DNA of 64,000 nucleotides from an uncultured cyanobacterium (GTDB lineage Bacteria; Cyanobacteriota; Cyanobacteriia; Leptolyngbyales; Leptolyngbyaceae): NCBI GenBank assembly GCA_963766075.1, contig CAVYAN010000101.1, positions 11,131 to 75,130 of the forward strand, read 5' to 3'. Shown piece by piece: positions 50,670 to 61,028 of this stretch (position 1 is its first letter; each line of letters starts with the position of its first letter). The notes under the pieces were generated by a model. It saw only the letters and a program-made list of their open reading frames with translations, ran no database searches and was not told where the DNA came from. The position numbers and the translations under genes were made by a program.

Positions 50670-52589
50670 ATGTCTGCTGAAAATGCTTTGTCTGCTGAAA
50701 ATGCTTTGTCTGCTCAAGATATTTCATCTACCAAAAATTTCTCTGATGAGACCGTACCTACTCTAGCTACTGCCGAAGTGGCCCCAGCTAGAATTTATTT
50801 ACCCAAAACCAGTGAATCTGAAACGCTGAAAAAAATTCGCCACACAACGTCTCACGTGATGGCCATGGCGGTACAAAAGCTGTTTCCCAAGGCTCAGGTG
50901 ACAATTGGCCCCTGGATTGAGAATGGCTTCTACTACGATTTTGACAGTCCTGAGCCGTTTACCGACAAAGATCTGAAGGCAATTAAGAAGGAGATGATTA
51001 AGATCATCAATCGCAAATTGCCGGTGGTGCGTGAAGAAGTGAGTCGCGCGGAGGCAGAGCGACGGATTCAGGCGATTAACGAACCCTACAAGTTGGAAAT
51101 TCTGGCAGGTTTGCAGGAGCCGATTACGCTCTATCACATGGGGGAAGCGGCCTCTTCGTTATGGTGGGATTTGTGCGCGGGGCCCCATGTGAAGAATACG
51201 GCGGAACTGAATCCAAATGCGATCGCCCTGGAAAGTGTGGCCGGAGCCTATTGGCGGGGAGATGAAACTAAAGCGCAACTGCAACGCATCTACGGGACGG
51301 CCTGGGAAACACCGGAGCAGTTGGCCGAATACCAACGCCGCAAGGAAGAAGCCTTGAAGCGCGATCATCGCAAGCTGGGGAAGGAATTGGGCTTGTTCAT
51401 TTTTGCGGATGTGGTGGGGCCGGGGTTGCCGCTGTGGACGCCAAAGGGGACGGTGCTGCAATCGCTGCTGGAGGATTACCTAAAGCAAGAACAAATCAAG
51501 CGGGGCTACTTGCCTGTCGTCACACCTCACATTGCGCGGGTCGATTTGTTTAAACAATCGGGGCACTGGCAAAAGTACAGTGAAGATATGTTTCCGATGA
51601 TGGCGGAGACTCAGGAGGATAAGGATAAGGAAATCGGATTTGTGATGAAACCGATGAATTGTCCGTTCCATATTCAAATCTATAAAAGTGAGCTGCGATC
51701 GTATCGGGAATTGCCCATGCGACTGGCGGAATTTGGCACGGTGTATCGCTATGAGCAATCTGGCGAATTGGGTGGCCTCACCCGAGTGCGCGGCTTTACG
51801 GTGGATGACTCGCACTTGTTTGTCACGCCGGAGCAGTTGGATGCCGAGTTCATGAGCGTAGTGGAACTGATCCTGAGTGTGTTCCAGAGTCTGCAACTGA
51901 AGAATTTCCGGGCTCGCTTGAGCTTCCGCGATCCGGCCAATCCGGATAAGTATATTGGCTCGGATGAAGCGTGGGAGAAGGCGGAGAGTGCTATCCGCAA
52001 GGCGGTACAACATCTCGGCATGGAGCATTTTGAAGGGATTGGGGAAGCGGCGTTCTATGGTCCTAAACTAGATTTCATCTTCCAGGATGCGTTGGAACGG
52101 GAGTGGCAGTTGGGCACAGTGCAGGTGGATTACAACCTGCCGGAGCGGTTTGACTTGGAGTATGTGGCTGATGATGGCACGCGGAAACGCCCCGTGATGC
52201 TACACCGGGCACCGTTTGGGTCTTTGGAGCGGCTGATTGGCATTCTGATTGAAGAGTATGCTGGGGATTTCCCAGTGTGGTTGGCTCCGACGCAGATTCG
52301 GTTGCTGCCGGTGGGGGATGAGTTTGTGCCCTTTGCGCAGGGTGTGGTGAGTCAACTGCGGCGCTTGGGGGTGCGGGCGGAGATGGATGCCAGTGGAGAT
52401 CGCCTGGGCAAGCTGATCCGCAATGCGGAAAAGGAGAAGATTCCGGTGATGGCGGTGGTGGGTGCGAAGGAAGTCGAGGCGAATTCGCTCAGCATTCGCA
52501 CGCGGGCTGCTGGGGAACTGGGGGCAATTAGCGTGCAGGAAGTGGGCGATCGTTTGCAAGCGGCGAATATCACCCACGGGAATTTTTAA
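50670..52589 (+). CDS. thrS: Threonine--tRNA ligase
   Basis: IRHTTSHV, DLCAGPH, RDHRKLG, KPMNCP, RVRGF, AAFYGPK, HRAPFGSLER. The N-terminus carries an 18-bp tandem repeat (SAENAL). Confidence 0.98.
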   Translation: MSAENALSAENALSAQDISSTKNFSDETVPTLATAEVAPARIYLPKTSESETLKKIRHTTSHVMAMAVQKLFPKAQVTIGPWIENGFYYDFDSPEPFTDKDLKAIKKEMIKIINRKLPVVREEVSRAEAERRIQAINEPYKLEILAGLQEPITLYHMGEAASSLWWDLCAGPHVKNTAELNPNAIALESVAGAYWRGDETKAQLQRIYGTAWETPEQLAEYQRRKEEALKRDHRKLGKELGLFIFADVVGPGLPLWTPKGTVLQSLLEDYLKQEQIKRGYLPVVTPHIARVDLFKQSGHWQKYSEDMFPMMAETQEDKDKEIGFVMKPMNCPFHIQIYKSELRSYRELPMRLAEFGTVYRYEQSGELGGLTRVRGFTVDDSHLFVTPEQLDAEFMSVVELILSVFQSLQLKNFRARLSFRDPANPDKYIGSDEAWEKAESAIRKAVQHLGMEHFEGIGEAAFYGPKLDFIFQDALEREWQLGTVQVDYNLPERFDLEYVADDGTRKRPVMLHRAPFGSLERLIGILIEEYAGDFPVWLAPTQIRLLPVGDEFVPFAQGVVSQLRRLGVRAEMDASGDRLGKLIRNAEKEKIPVMAVVGAKEVEANSLSIRTRAAGELGAISVQEVGDRLQAANITHGNF

Positions 52590-52692
52590 GGGCTTTTCCC
52601 GGATTGATTTCTGAGCTACACACGCCTAAATTCGATTAGCGTAGATCCTGCTGCTGCTTTATTTGAGGGTAGTCTTGATTCCTCTGCAATCA

Positions 52693-52723
52693 GCCCCCGG
52701 CAATCAGTATGAATGCCGGGGGC
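52693..52723 (+). terminator. GC-rich hairpin downstream of thrS
   Basis: GCCCCCGGCA / TGCCGGGGGC; the U-tract is weak. Confidence 0.55.
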
Positions 52724-53083
52724 CATAGTTTTGCTCAAATTGGCCGAGTTGCGGAGTTGTCTTTCTAGAGACTCTGGCTTCCTGTTGTCGTTGGCCAGCA
52801 GAAGTTTCATCTAATCTTCAATAGCCACAACGATGGCATCAATCCGACGCCGTAGTTTTACTGAGCCTTTTGGGTCGTCAATTCACCATCATTCTAGATG
52901 TAATTTTTCTAACCTTCATACTCGCAGGCAATTTCATTAAGTTAATATGCGCAAAAGTCCTAGTAAATGGACGGATGATACCCTTTTCCCCAGACAGTAG
53001 AAATGCCAGGATTATTTTAATACTGAAGCTATTTTATACATAGCTTCAGTATATCCCGTTATTTCTACTCAAGGGGTAAGGAT

Positions 53084-54958
53084 ATGGCAACATTTAATTT
53101 CACGTTTGATCCAGGGACGACCGTCCAGCAGATGGTCGGCTTTGAAATGGCGGGCCGGGTTTGGTCCAGGTACCTGTCTGATGCGGTGACGATTAACCTT
53201 CATGCGGGGATAAGCAGCAGTTTGCCGACGAATGTCATTGGGGGCGCATTGCCGGGGTTTCAGGCCAACCGGGCCTATACCACTGTGCGCGATCGCCTCT
53301 ATGCCGATGCCACCTCTGCAGATGACACTGCCGCTACCAATGGCATTCGCAACTACAACAAGTACGCTGATTTCTCTCAATGGGATCCAGGTGTCGATCC
53401 CACTACTCGACTCCATGCAACCGTTGACCTCTTTTTTGATGGTTCCCTTGCTTGGGATAACGGCATTTTGGCTAGGATCTGGCAGACTTGGTTCCCAGAC
53501 GCTGATCGGCTGAACTCTGGAGGTAAAACCTATATTGACCTTAAAGATAATGTCAATGCTGCCAATATGGTCTTGACTCGGGCCAATGCTAAAGCCCTCG
53601 GCGTGAGCCTGGATCAAGCGGGTAATACGGTGCTCGATGGCTATGTCATGCTGAGTGACTTGTCTAACTTCTCCAATGTGGTCTGGAATTATGACTACAC
53701 CCGGAGCAGTGTGGCAAGCAGTAATTCTTTAGACTTCTTTAGCGTGGCTCTGCATGAAATTGGTCATACCCTGGGGTTTGTCAGTGGGGTTGATCGCCCG
53801 GGTTGGCTCAGTCCATTCTTTACGACTACGACTGGTTCTCTCAATGGTCTTTGGACTTCGGGTACCACTGATAATTATTATGTTGATAGTTTCAGGCGCG
53901 CCAATTTTGCGACTCCGCTTGACCTATTTCGCTATAACAGTACCACTACCACTCATTGGGGGGGGTGGCGGGACTTTTCCGTTGGCGGTGCAACCATGTT
54001 TTCCTTTGATGGCACAACTGCGATTGCGAACTTCGCCACCGGACTGGAGACATCCCTCGGCGGCAGTGGGCTGCAAGCCAGCCACTGGCAAGGAACCACG
54101 GGTTCTTCGGGCATCATGAACCCCACCCTGGGGTTGGGCGTGCGGCGGGAGATTTCCACCCTGGACTTGCGGGGGATGGATGCGATTGGATGGAATCTCA
54201 CCAATACTAGTAACGCGGTGCAAAATATCGATCTCTCGGCGCTCCGCACCCAGTCGATTCAGTCCCTAGAAGCCCGCAATCGGAACTCGACCACGGTGAC
54301 GACCGCCACCAATGCACTGAACTGGTACAACACTAACTTGACGCGATCGCTGACGCCTTTAGTGAGTAATCGTGACCAAGACATTCACACGATGCTAACC
54401 AATAGCCAAATCTATGATTTGACTAGAGTTTCGGGTACGAGCAGTACGGGTACGGTCACCAGACAAGTGTTTGCCAGTATGTTTCAGCAACAGCAAGGGT
54501 TTCGTTCAGAACTGTGGGAGGTGGCTCCCGTTGACACGCCAGTGCTAGAGGTGGATATGACGAGTCTAGGGGCAGATGTTTCTACCTTAATGACTGGGAC
54601 GACGGCAGAGCCATTGGCTTTGGGTCTGACTTCAGCAGCGCCCACGGCTGAAGTGCCCCTACGACTTATAGCGCCGATGGGGCAAATAAGTGTGGCCTGG
54701 GTGGACAGCGGCATGGATGACCGATTTGTCGTGGTGCCCTTGGCGGGGTTCTTGTCAGGAGCGGGGGGGGAAGCCGCTGGTGTCAGAAGTCAAACGGTGG
54801 CGATCACGGGTACTTCTTGCTGGGGGACTGGGATAGATACCCGAGACTACGATAGTCAATGGCAGGGGCGTCTATTAACCCCAATCCCGGACTCTGACAA
54901 ACCCATAAGTGAGTACGCGTTTAGTGAATTTTCTGATGGCTTAGATGTGCTGAATTAG
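53084..54958 (+). CDS. HExxH Zn metalloprotease, copy 1 (resembles the cyanobacterial NF038122 'LGF' family)
   Basis: TFNFTF, LTRANAKALG, VALHEIGHTLGFVSG, TPLDLFRY, QASHW, GIMNP, DAIGW. Confidence 0.85.
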   Translation: MATFNFTFDPGTTVQQMVGFEMAGRVWSRYLSDAVTINLHAGISSSLPTNVIGGALPGFQANRAYTTVRDRLYADATSADDTAATNGIRNYNKYADFSQWDPGVDPTTRLHATVDLFFDGSLAWDNGILARIWQTWFPDADRLNSGGKTYIDLKDNVNAANMVLTRANAKALGVSLDQAGNTVLDGYVMLSDLSNFSNVVWNYDYTRSSVASSNSLDFFSVALHEIGHTLGFVSGVDRPGWLSPFFTTTTGSLNGLWTSGTTDNYYVDSFRRANFATPLDLFRYNSTTTTHWGGWRDFSVGGATMFSFDGTTAIANFATGLETSLGGSGLQASHWQGTTGSSGIMNPTLGLGVRREISTLDLRGMDAIGWNLTNTSNAVQNIDLSALRTQSIQSLEARNRNSTTVTTATNALNWYNTNLTRSLTPLVSNRDQDIHTMLTNSQIYDLTRVSGTSSTGTVTRQVFASMFQQQQGFRSELWEVAPVDTPVLEVDMTSLGADVSTLMTGTTAEPLALGLTSAAPTAEVPLRLIAPMGQISVAWVDSGMDDRFVVVPLAGFLSGAGGEAAGVRSQTVAITGTSCWGTGIDTRDYDSQWQGRLLTPIPDSDKPISEYAFSEFSDGLDVLN

Positions 54959-55021
54959 AGGCACTGATTCGTTTAACATTGCTGAGTCTACAGTTCCCTG
55001 TTGATTACGCTTTTTGATTAC

Positions 55022-55056
55022 ACCCCTGTGAACAATTCGGTTAACAGGGGTATTTT
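55022..55056 (+). terminator. Probable intrinsic terminator after copy 1
   Basis: ACCCCTGTGAAC / GTTAACAGGGGT followed by ATTTT. Confidence 0.7.
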
Positions 55057-55575
55057 GATGCACTACGTTCTGATAGCTCTAAACATTTAGACCCCAAGTG
55101 TTCCGGCCTTTCGTGAGCGATCGAGATGCCTCGCTCCCCTCCGTTGCACTCAGAATGCCAGGGCGGTTTATTGGACTGGGAAACTTTTTATTTTCTGCCG
55201 ACAGTGCCATTAGTCTAATCCTTTCCGTTGATTTGGGGTTTGCCATAATTAATGACTCAGCACTCAAGTACTTTCTAACGGTGACGTCAGGCTAGAGCTT
55301 TATTGAATCTTCTTTGACCATAACGATGACATCAATCCGACGCCGTAGTTTTACTGATCATCTTGAGTCGTTAATTCATCATTATTCTAGATGTAATTTT
55401 TATGACCTTCATACTTGCAAGTGATTTCATTAAGTTAATATGCGCAAAGACCCCATAATCCAGACGGATAATACTCTTCTGCCCAGGCAGCAGAAATGCC
55501 AGGATGATTAAATACTGATGCTATTTGATACTTAGCTTTGGTGTATCCCGTTATTTCTGCTCCGGAGTTAAGGCT

Positions 55576-57456
55576 ATGGCAACATTTAATTTCACGTTTG
55601 ATCCAGGGACGACCGTCCAGCAAATGGTCGGTTTTGAGATGGCTGGTCGGGTCTGGTCGAGGTACTTATCTGATCCCGTTACGATTAACCTCCATGTGGG
55701 GGTTAGCAGCAATTTACCGACAAATGTGATTGGAGGAGCATTACCGGGGTTTCAGGCCAATCGCGCCTATACGACTGTGCGAGATCGTCTCTACGCCGAT
55801 GCTACCTCTACCGACGATGCCACTGCTACCAATGGCATCCGTAACTACAATAAGTACGATGATTTCTCGATGCGTCATCCGGATATCGATCCGAAGACGC
55901 AACTCCACGCGACGGTTGACAACTTTGTTGAGAGTTCCCTCGATTGGTACAATAACGCCCCGGCTACTACCTGGAATAATTGGTTTTCAGATGCTGACCG
56001 TCTTGCCTATGGAGGTAAAACCTATATTGACATCAAAAAGAACGTGTATGGCAGCGATATGGCACTGACTCGGGCAAATGCTAAAGCCCTGGGTGTGAGC
56101 CTCGATCAAGTGGGTAGCAAGACACTCGATGGCTATATTCTTCTCAGTGACTTGTCTAATTTCTCCAATGTTGTCTGGAATTATGACTATACCCGGAGTA
56201 ATGCTGCAGGCAGTAATTCCCTAGACTTTTTGAGTGTTGCATTACATGAAGTGGGGCATACTCTTGGTTTTGTCAGCTCGATCGATCGCCCCGATTGGCT
56301 AAAACCCTTCTTTACGTCTACGAGTGGCCAGATCAGTGATATTTGGAATCTGGCAACAATGGGTACTTACTTTAATGACGCATTAGCGCGCACCAATTTT
56401 GCAACTCCCCTTGACCTGTTCCGTTATAACCTAACCAATACCAGTCACTGGGGCGGCTGGCGTGACTTGTCAGTCGGTGGCACAGCGATGTTTTCTCTAG
56501 ATGGAACAACGGAGATTGCGAAATTTGCCACAGGGCTTGAACAAACTCTGGGCGGTAGCGGGTTACAAGCCAGTCACTGGCAAGGAACCACGGGCTCCTC
56601 TGGTATTATGAATCCTAGCTTGGGCTTAGGGGTGCGGCGAAATATTGGTAGCTTGGATCTGCGCGGTATGGATGTTATTGGCTGGAACCTCGCCAATAAC
56701 AGTAATGCTGTACAAACGATTGATCTATCCACGCTTCAGACTCAGGCAGCTCAGGTATTGGAAGCCAGGAATCGCAACTCGGCAACAGTTACCACGACAA
56801 CGAATGCCCTTGCCTGGTACGGTCAAAATCTGACGCGATCGCTCACCCCCTTGGTGATTAATCGTGACACAGAGATTACGACCATGCTAGTCGATAGCCA
56901 AGTCTATAACTTGACGAGAGTTGCCGGTTCGAGCAGTACGGGGACGGTAACGAGACAAGTGCTTGCTAGTATGCTTGAGCAACAGCAAGGATTTCGTTCA
57001 GAACTGTGGGAAGTGGCTCCGGCGGATGCTCCAACTCTACACGTTGAGATCACCAGTTTAGGAGCAGATGTTTCTACCTTAATTGCTGGGACGACGGCAG
57101 AGCCATTGGTTCTGGGTCTGACTTCAGCATCGACTACTACTGAAGTACCCCTACGATTGATGCCGCCAATGTTGCAAATTCAGGTGTCATGGTTGGACAG
57201 TGGCATGGATCACCGATTTGTCGCGGGGCCTTGGACTGAGTTGATGTCGGGGGTTGGAGGGGAAACCTCTGATGCCACAATTCAAACAGCGGCGATCGCT
57301 GGTAGCCTTCCCTTGGGCAGCGGGATGGATGCCCCTGACTATGATAGTCAACTGGGGGGCCGTCTATTCACCCCAATTATGGACACCGAGAAATCCATGG
57401 ATGACCGCGCGTCTAGCTTTGAATTCTCTAGTGAATTGGATTTGCTGCTCGGTTAA
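55576..57456 (+). CDS. HExxH Zn metalloprotease, copy 2 (tandem paralogue)
   Basis: Same N-terminus MATFNFTFDPGTTVQQ, HEVGHTLGF, collinear with copy 1. ATG at 55576. Confidence 0.85.
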   Translation: MATFNFTFDPGTTVQQMVGFEMAGRVWSRYLSDPVTINLHVGVSSNLPTNVIGGALPGFQANRAYTTVRDRLYADATSTDDATATNGIRNYNKYDDFSMRHPDIDPKTQLHATVDNFVESSLDWYNNAPATTWNNWFSDADRLAYGGKTYIDIKKNVYGSDMALTRANAKALGVSLDQVGSKTLDGYILLSDLSNFSNVVWNYDYTRSNAAGSNSLDFLSVALHEVGHTLGFVSSIDRPDWLKPFFTSTSGQISDIWNLATMGTYFNDALARTNFATPLDLFRYNLTNTSHWGGWRDLSVGGTAMFSLDGTTEIAKFATGLEQTLGGSGLQASHWQGTTGSSGIMNPSLGLGVRRNIGSLDLRGMDVIGWNLANNSNAVQTIDLSTLQTQAAQVLEARNRNSATVTTTTNALAWYGQNLTRSLTPLVINRDTEITTMLVDSQVYNLTRVAGSSSTGTVTRQVLASMLEQQQGFRSELWEVAPADAPTLHVEITSLGADVSTLIAGTTAEPLVLGLTSASTTTEVPLRLMPPMLQIQVSWLDSGMDHRFVAGPWTELMSGVGGETSDATIQTAAIAGSLPLGSGMDAPDYDSQLGGRLFTPIMDTEKSMDDRASSFEFSSELDLLLG

Positions 57457-57486
57457 GCCTTGTCCAAGCCAAATCTATGCTGGCGG

Positions 57487-57524
57487 ATGCCCCTGTTAAC
57501 GCTCTTCGTTGACGGGGGCATTTT
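57487..57524 (+). terminator. Probable intrinsic terminator after copy 2
   Basis: ATGCCCCTGTTAACG / CGTTGACGGGGGCAT then TTT; homologous to the 55022 hairpin. Confidence 0.7.
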
Positions 57525-57609
57525 GATGGGCTATTTCTGCTGTGTTCCTTCCGCTAACTGGGGTAGATCTGCTGCGTAATGCATCTTTGGCAGGAAAATT
57601 CCGGTGTCA

Positions 57610-58116
57610 TTATCGTCCGGACAATATTTGGATCAGGAAGCTGATGACTAGGATGGCGATCGCCCCTAGCACTAGCAGCACCAACGCCAATACTGCTAGC
57701 GCCAAAAAGACAAAGCGGCGATCGGCCTTGCGGGTGGTTTCGGGCGACTTTAGATGGGTCTCTAGCAAATTGACATTCTTGGTGTTGGCTTTCCAGGTGG
57801 TATCAAATAAGTCCCCTAAAATCGGCACCGATCCAGCCAGGGCATCTAACAGAATGTTAAATATCATCCGCAGTAGCACTGTTTTTGGCAGGCCCAACTG
57901 GACCGCTTGCAGCAAGATATAGCCAGACATCACCATGCCAATGACGTCACCGCCCACGGGCAGTAGCCCGACCAACGACTCTAACCCTACCCGCCAGCGG
58001 GTTCCGGGGATGCCCCAAGCCCGATCCCACAGATCGCTAACCCGCCGGAGATGGGCGAGTTTTTCCAGAGTTGGGTCGGAAGTGATGGGGCGCAGGGAAG
58101 GATTGGGTTGGGACAT
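57610..58116 (-). CDS. DUF4112 family membrane protein
   Basis: IPGTRWRVGLESLVGLLPVGGD, GSVPILGDLFD..WKAN.KN. Confidence 0.9.
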   Translation of the reverse strand: MSQPNPSLRPITSDPTLEKLAHLRRVSDLWDRAWGIPGTRWRVGLESLVGLLPVGGDVIGMVMSGYILLQAVQLGLPKTVLLRMIFNILLDALAGSVPILGDLFDTTWKANTKNVNLLETHLKSPETTRKADRRFVFLALAVLALVLLVLGAIAILVISFLIQILSGR

Positions 58117-58147
58117 GGCACCAGCAATCAATAAACACTGGCACTAT

Positions 58148-58189
58148 TTTGCCGCGATTTGGGATCAATTTGCCGCGATTTGGGATCAA
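58148..58189. repeat. Exact 21-bp tandem duplication (TTTGCCGCGATTTGGGATCAA x2)
   Basis: Directly visible in the sequence. Confidence 0.95.
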
Positions 58190-58903
58190 TGCAACGCTCT
58201 TTTGATTTTGATAACCGCGATCGCCTACAAATCCTGGGTTGCCAAAGTTGGATCTAGGACCGCCAGAATCAGAAAGGCTTTTTGGAAAAGGGGGCGATAG
58301 GTTAGGAAAATTTCCCTAGAGAAATCAAATTTCTCTAGGGACGGATATCTGGAGGGACAGATATCGGGTTGCGCGGGGTGAGCACGTTTAAGCTCACAGA
58401 AATCAGTGAGGAAGATCACAAGCGTTGTTTGAGGAATGTGTGAATCTGAATTGTAGTGAATTACCGGTAGACAAGTTCAGGACTTATAGATGTCCGAATT
58501 GATAATTAAACTATTTACTGGTCAAGAACCATAGGTTTATTGATTCTTGATTCCATAGTTTACTATCAGATTAATCTTCCTCCTGAATTTACTCTATTAG
58601 TGATTCTAAAAGTATTTATTTTTGATTTGCTTGCAGTTCAAGAATTTGTTTGCAATTCAATATTTTCTGAGTTGATACCCGCGCATTTTAGTCGCTTGCG
58701 TCTTTGGTGGGTATGCCTTTTGGGGCATATCTCAGAAGCGCACGCCTCAGATTAAATTTTCGACTAATCTTCCGATCAAGTTCCAGATTAAGCTCCCAGA
58801 TCAATCTTGTCCATTCTCTGCTATTTCTTCCAGTTGCCCCTCGCTCCTGTCATCAACTCCTCCGGCTTATCCGGGTGATCTACTCATCAATAGGACGTGC
58901 TCT

Positions 58904-60753
58904 ATGTCGAACCAAGATCGAGTGCCCGATACCATTATTAAAAGCTCTGTGGACCACTCCTACAACTATCACACACTGGTGCGACATCAGGGTGTGATTC
59001 TGGCTTTTGCTATGGACAGTCAACGACAAATCTATTACTCTGTCCTTAATCTTAAGGCTCAAAAATACACTACTTTAGACGTTAATTTCTGGTCAACTAA
59101 TCCCAAACTACTGAGGTTTCCTAACGAAATTACTGAAGTTGGTTTTGGGGTAACAGATCAAACGCTATTGCCTACAGTGAAGAAATCATCGGATGTCTCC
59201 CACGACACGGCGTCCGCCACTGACATCCATGAATTCCTATCCACCACAGCACGCCTTACCGCTGATGCACCCTTTCAAGTGATGTCCGATGGGCAGTTTG
59301 TCTACGTGCTACGGCAGGCGATCGCCGCCAGTCATCCCGATACGATCACTGTGTCAGGTCCCCAGGGCCACCCAGTGGCGATCGTGGATTCAACACTGCT
59401 GCTGGATCGATTTATTCTGTCGGGCATTGCCCCTGCTGCCGCTGCGTCGGGCCAGCCCAGCCCCGAGCCGGAACTTCTGACTTCGGGCGATCGCATCGAC
59501 TTAGGTGGGGCTGAGATCAAACTGGGCCAACGCTTCAGTCAGGAAGCCTGGATTTTTCTCTACGTAACGCCCCAGATGCCCAACCCGGAACTGCAACAAC
59601 CGTTGCTAGGAACTAGCCAAAATACGGCGGATGCACCGCCCTCAGTACGGATTGTGAATAACCGTAAGCTGCGGGTGGGCTTTGGCGATGGCGAACGGTT
59701 TTGTTCCTTCATTACCGACAATGTGCTGATGAAGCGGGTGGATATGAGCCAGAGCAATGACCAAATGCTGGATATTAATGCGGAACTGGTGGCGATCCAA
59801 ACCCTGCAAGCCCAGGTGAATGAAAAAAGCCAAGCGTTGGTGAACCTTAGCACGGACTTAGAGTTTTGCGATCGGGTGCTGAACATCATTGACAATGCCT
59901 TGGCCAATCGCCCGACGGGAGCTGTGCCCACCAGCGAACCCAAGGGTTTTGATATATTGCAACGCCTGCCGGGGATTGTGTCTACCCTGCAAAGCCGGCG
60001 TAACCAATTGAGTGCACTGCAACGGGAACTGAGTCGATTGCAGCAACTGTTGAATGATGCCAATGTGTCGGTGTTCGAGTACAGTGGCTTTGGGGGGCGA
60101 TCGCTCGTGCTCAACGATGGCGGGCGAAGGACAGGATTCTTTGGCTGCACATTCCTGAATGCTAACGGGTTCAACGACATCATTTCTTCAATTCGTCTGC
60201 CGCGTGTTGTTACCCAATCAGGCACCGTGATCAACATCCTAGAAGTCACGGCATTTGTGGATGCGAATCGCGGTGGAAGGAGTCGGGTATATACGAGCAG
60301 CGGTTTCGTAGGCGGCGACTTTAACGACATCATTTCCAGCATTGAGGTGCGGGTTAATGCCGCCTTTCAGAATGTATTGAATACGGCCAATGATGGAGCA
60401 ACTACAGCCCAACAAAAATTAAATGAGGCGATCGCTGTACTCCAAGGGCTACGTACATCCCTCAACGTCATCCGCCAAACCAAGGAAACTGAACTCAGGC
60501 AAATCACCCAATCCTGGGCTGACCTGAAGCTACAACTCCGAGGCAAAACCACCTGCCTCAACAGTGGCTTTCAATTGAAGGTGCCTTTGGCGCATGCCGA
60601 CGCAGTGGAGCGTCGATTTTCGGAGGGATTCTCAAATTTGTCTGGACCGCCGAGACGCTGCTGCTATTTGACAGTGCCACGGGCCATATGGCGCTGTATT
60701 TTCGGGGCCAGGATGATCAATTTTTTGTCACCTACTATGAAATTCTGACTTAG
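58904..60753 (+). pseudogene. Probable truncated remnant of a large multidomain protein (partial LamG, coiled coils, beta/gamma-crystallin-like domain)
   Basis: FSQEAWIF (LamG start), FNDIISSI twice (crystallin-type motif). After ~60602 the protein-like sequence continues in another frame (SGASIFGGILKF...FDSATGHMALYFRG...) to TAG at 60751-60753. Confidence 0.65.
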
Positions 60754-61028
60754 CGGGCACAGTATCCATTTATGTTAGTGTCTTTAATTTTTCGCCATCC
60801 ACTGAAGAGTAATCGGGCGATTTTTGCAACCCTTAGCTGACGGATGCTCTGAAATCCAGTTTTTTATTCTCAATGTTATTGCAATGATTCTCAAGAATAT
60901 TGAGTCTCAGCTAGTCTTATTGATGCTTGCGGTGACCCTGGGCTGGAGGCCCACGGGCTTCCAGTTCTAGGCGTGTTTGAAAACTTACAGCCTAGAATGC
61001 AGGGTGAGAACGTGGGGCCTAGGCCAAC

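Noticed and set aside
53084..57456. Diversity-generating retroelement or assembly duplication as the cause of the paralogues
   Set aside because: No reverse transcriptase in the window, differences are not confined to adenines, and silent changes are widespread.
59560..60342. 260-aa minus-strand ORF
   Set aside because: Antisense shadow of the plus-strand coding region with no recognisable motif.
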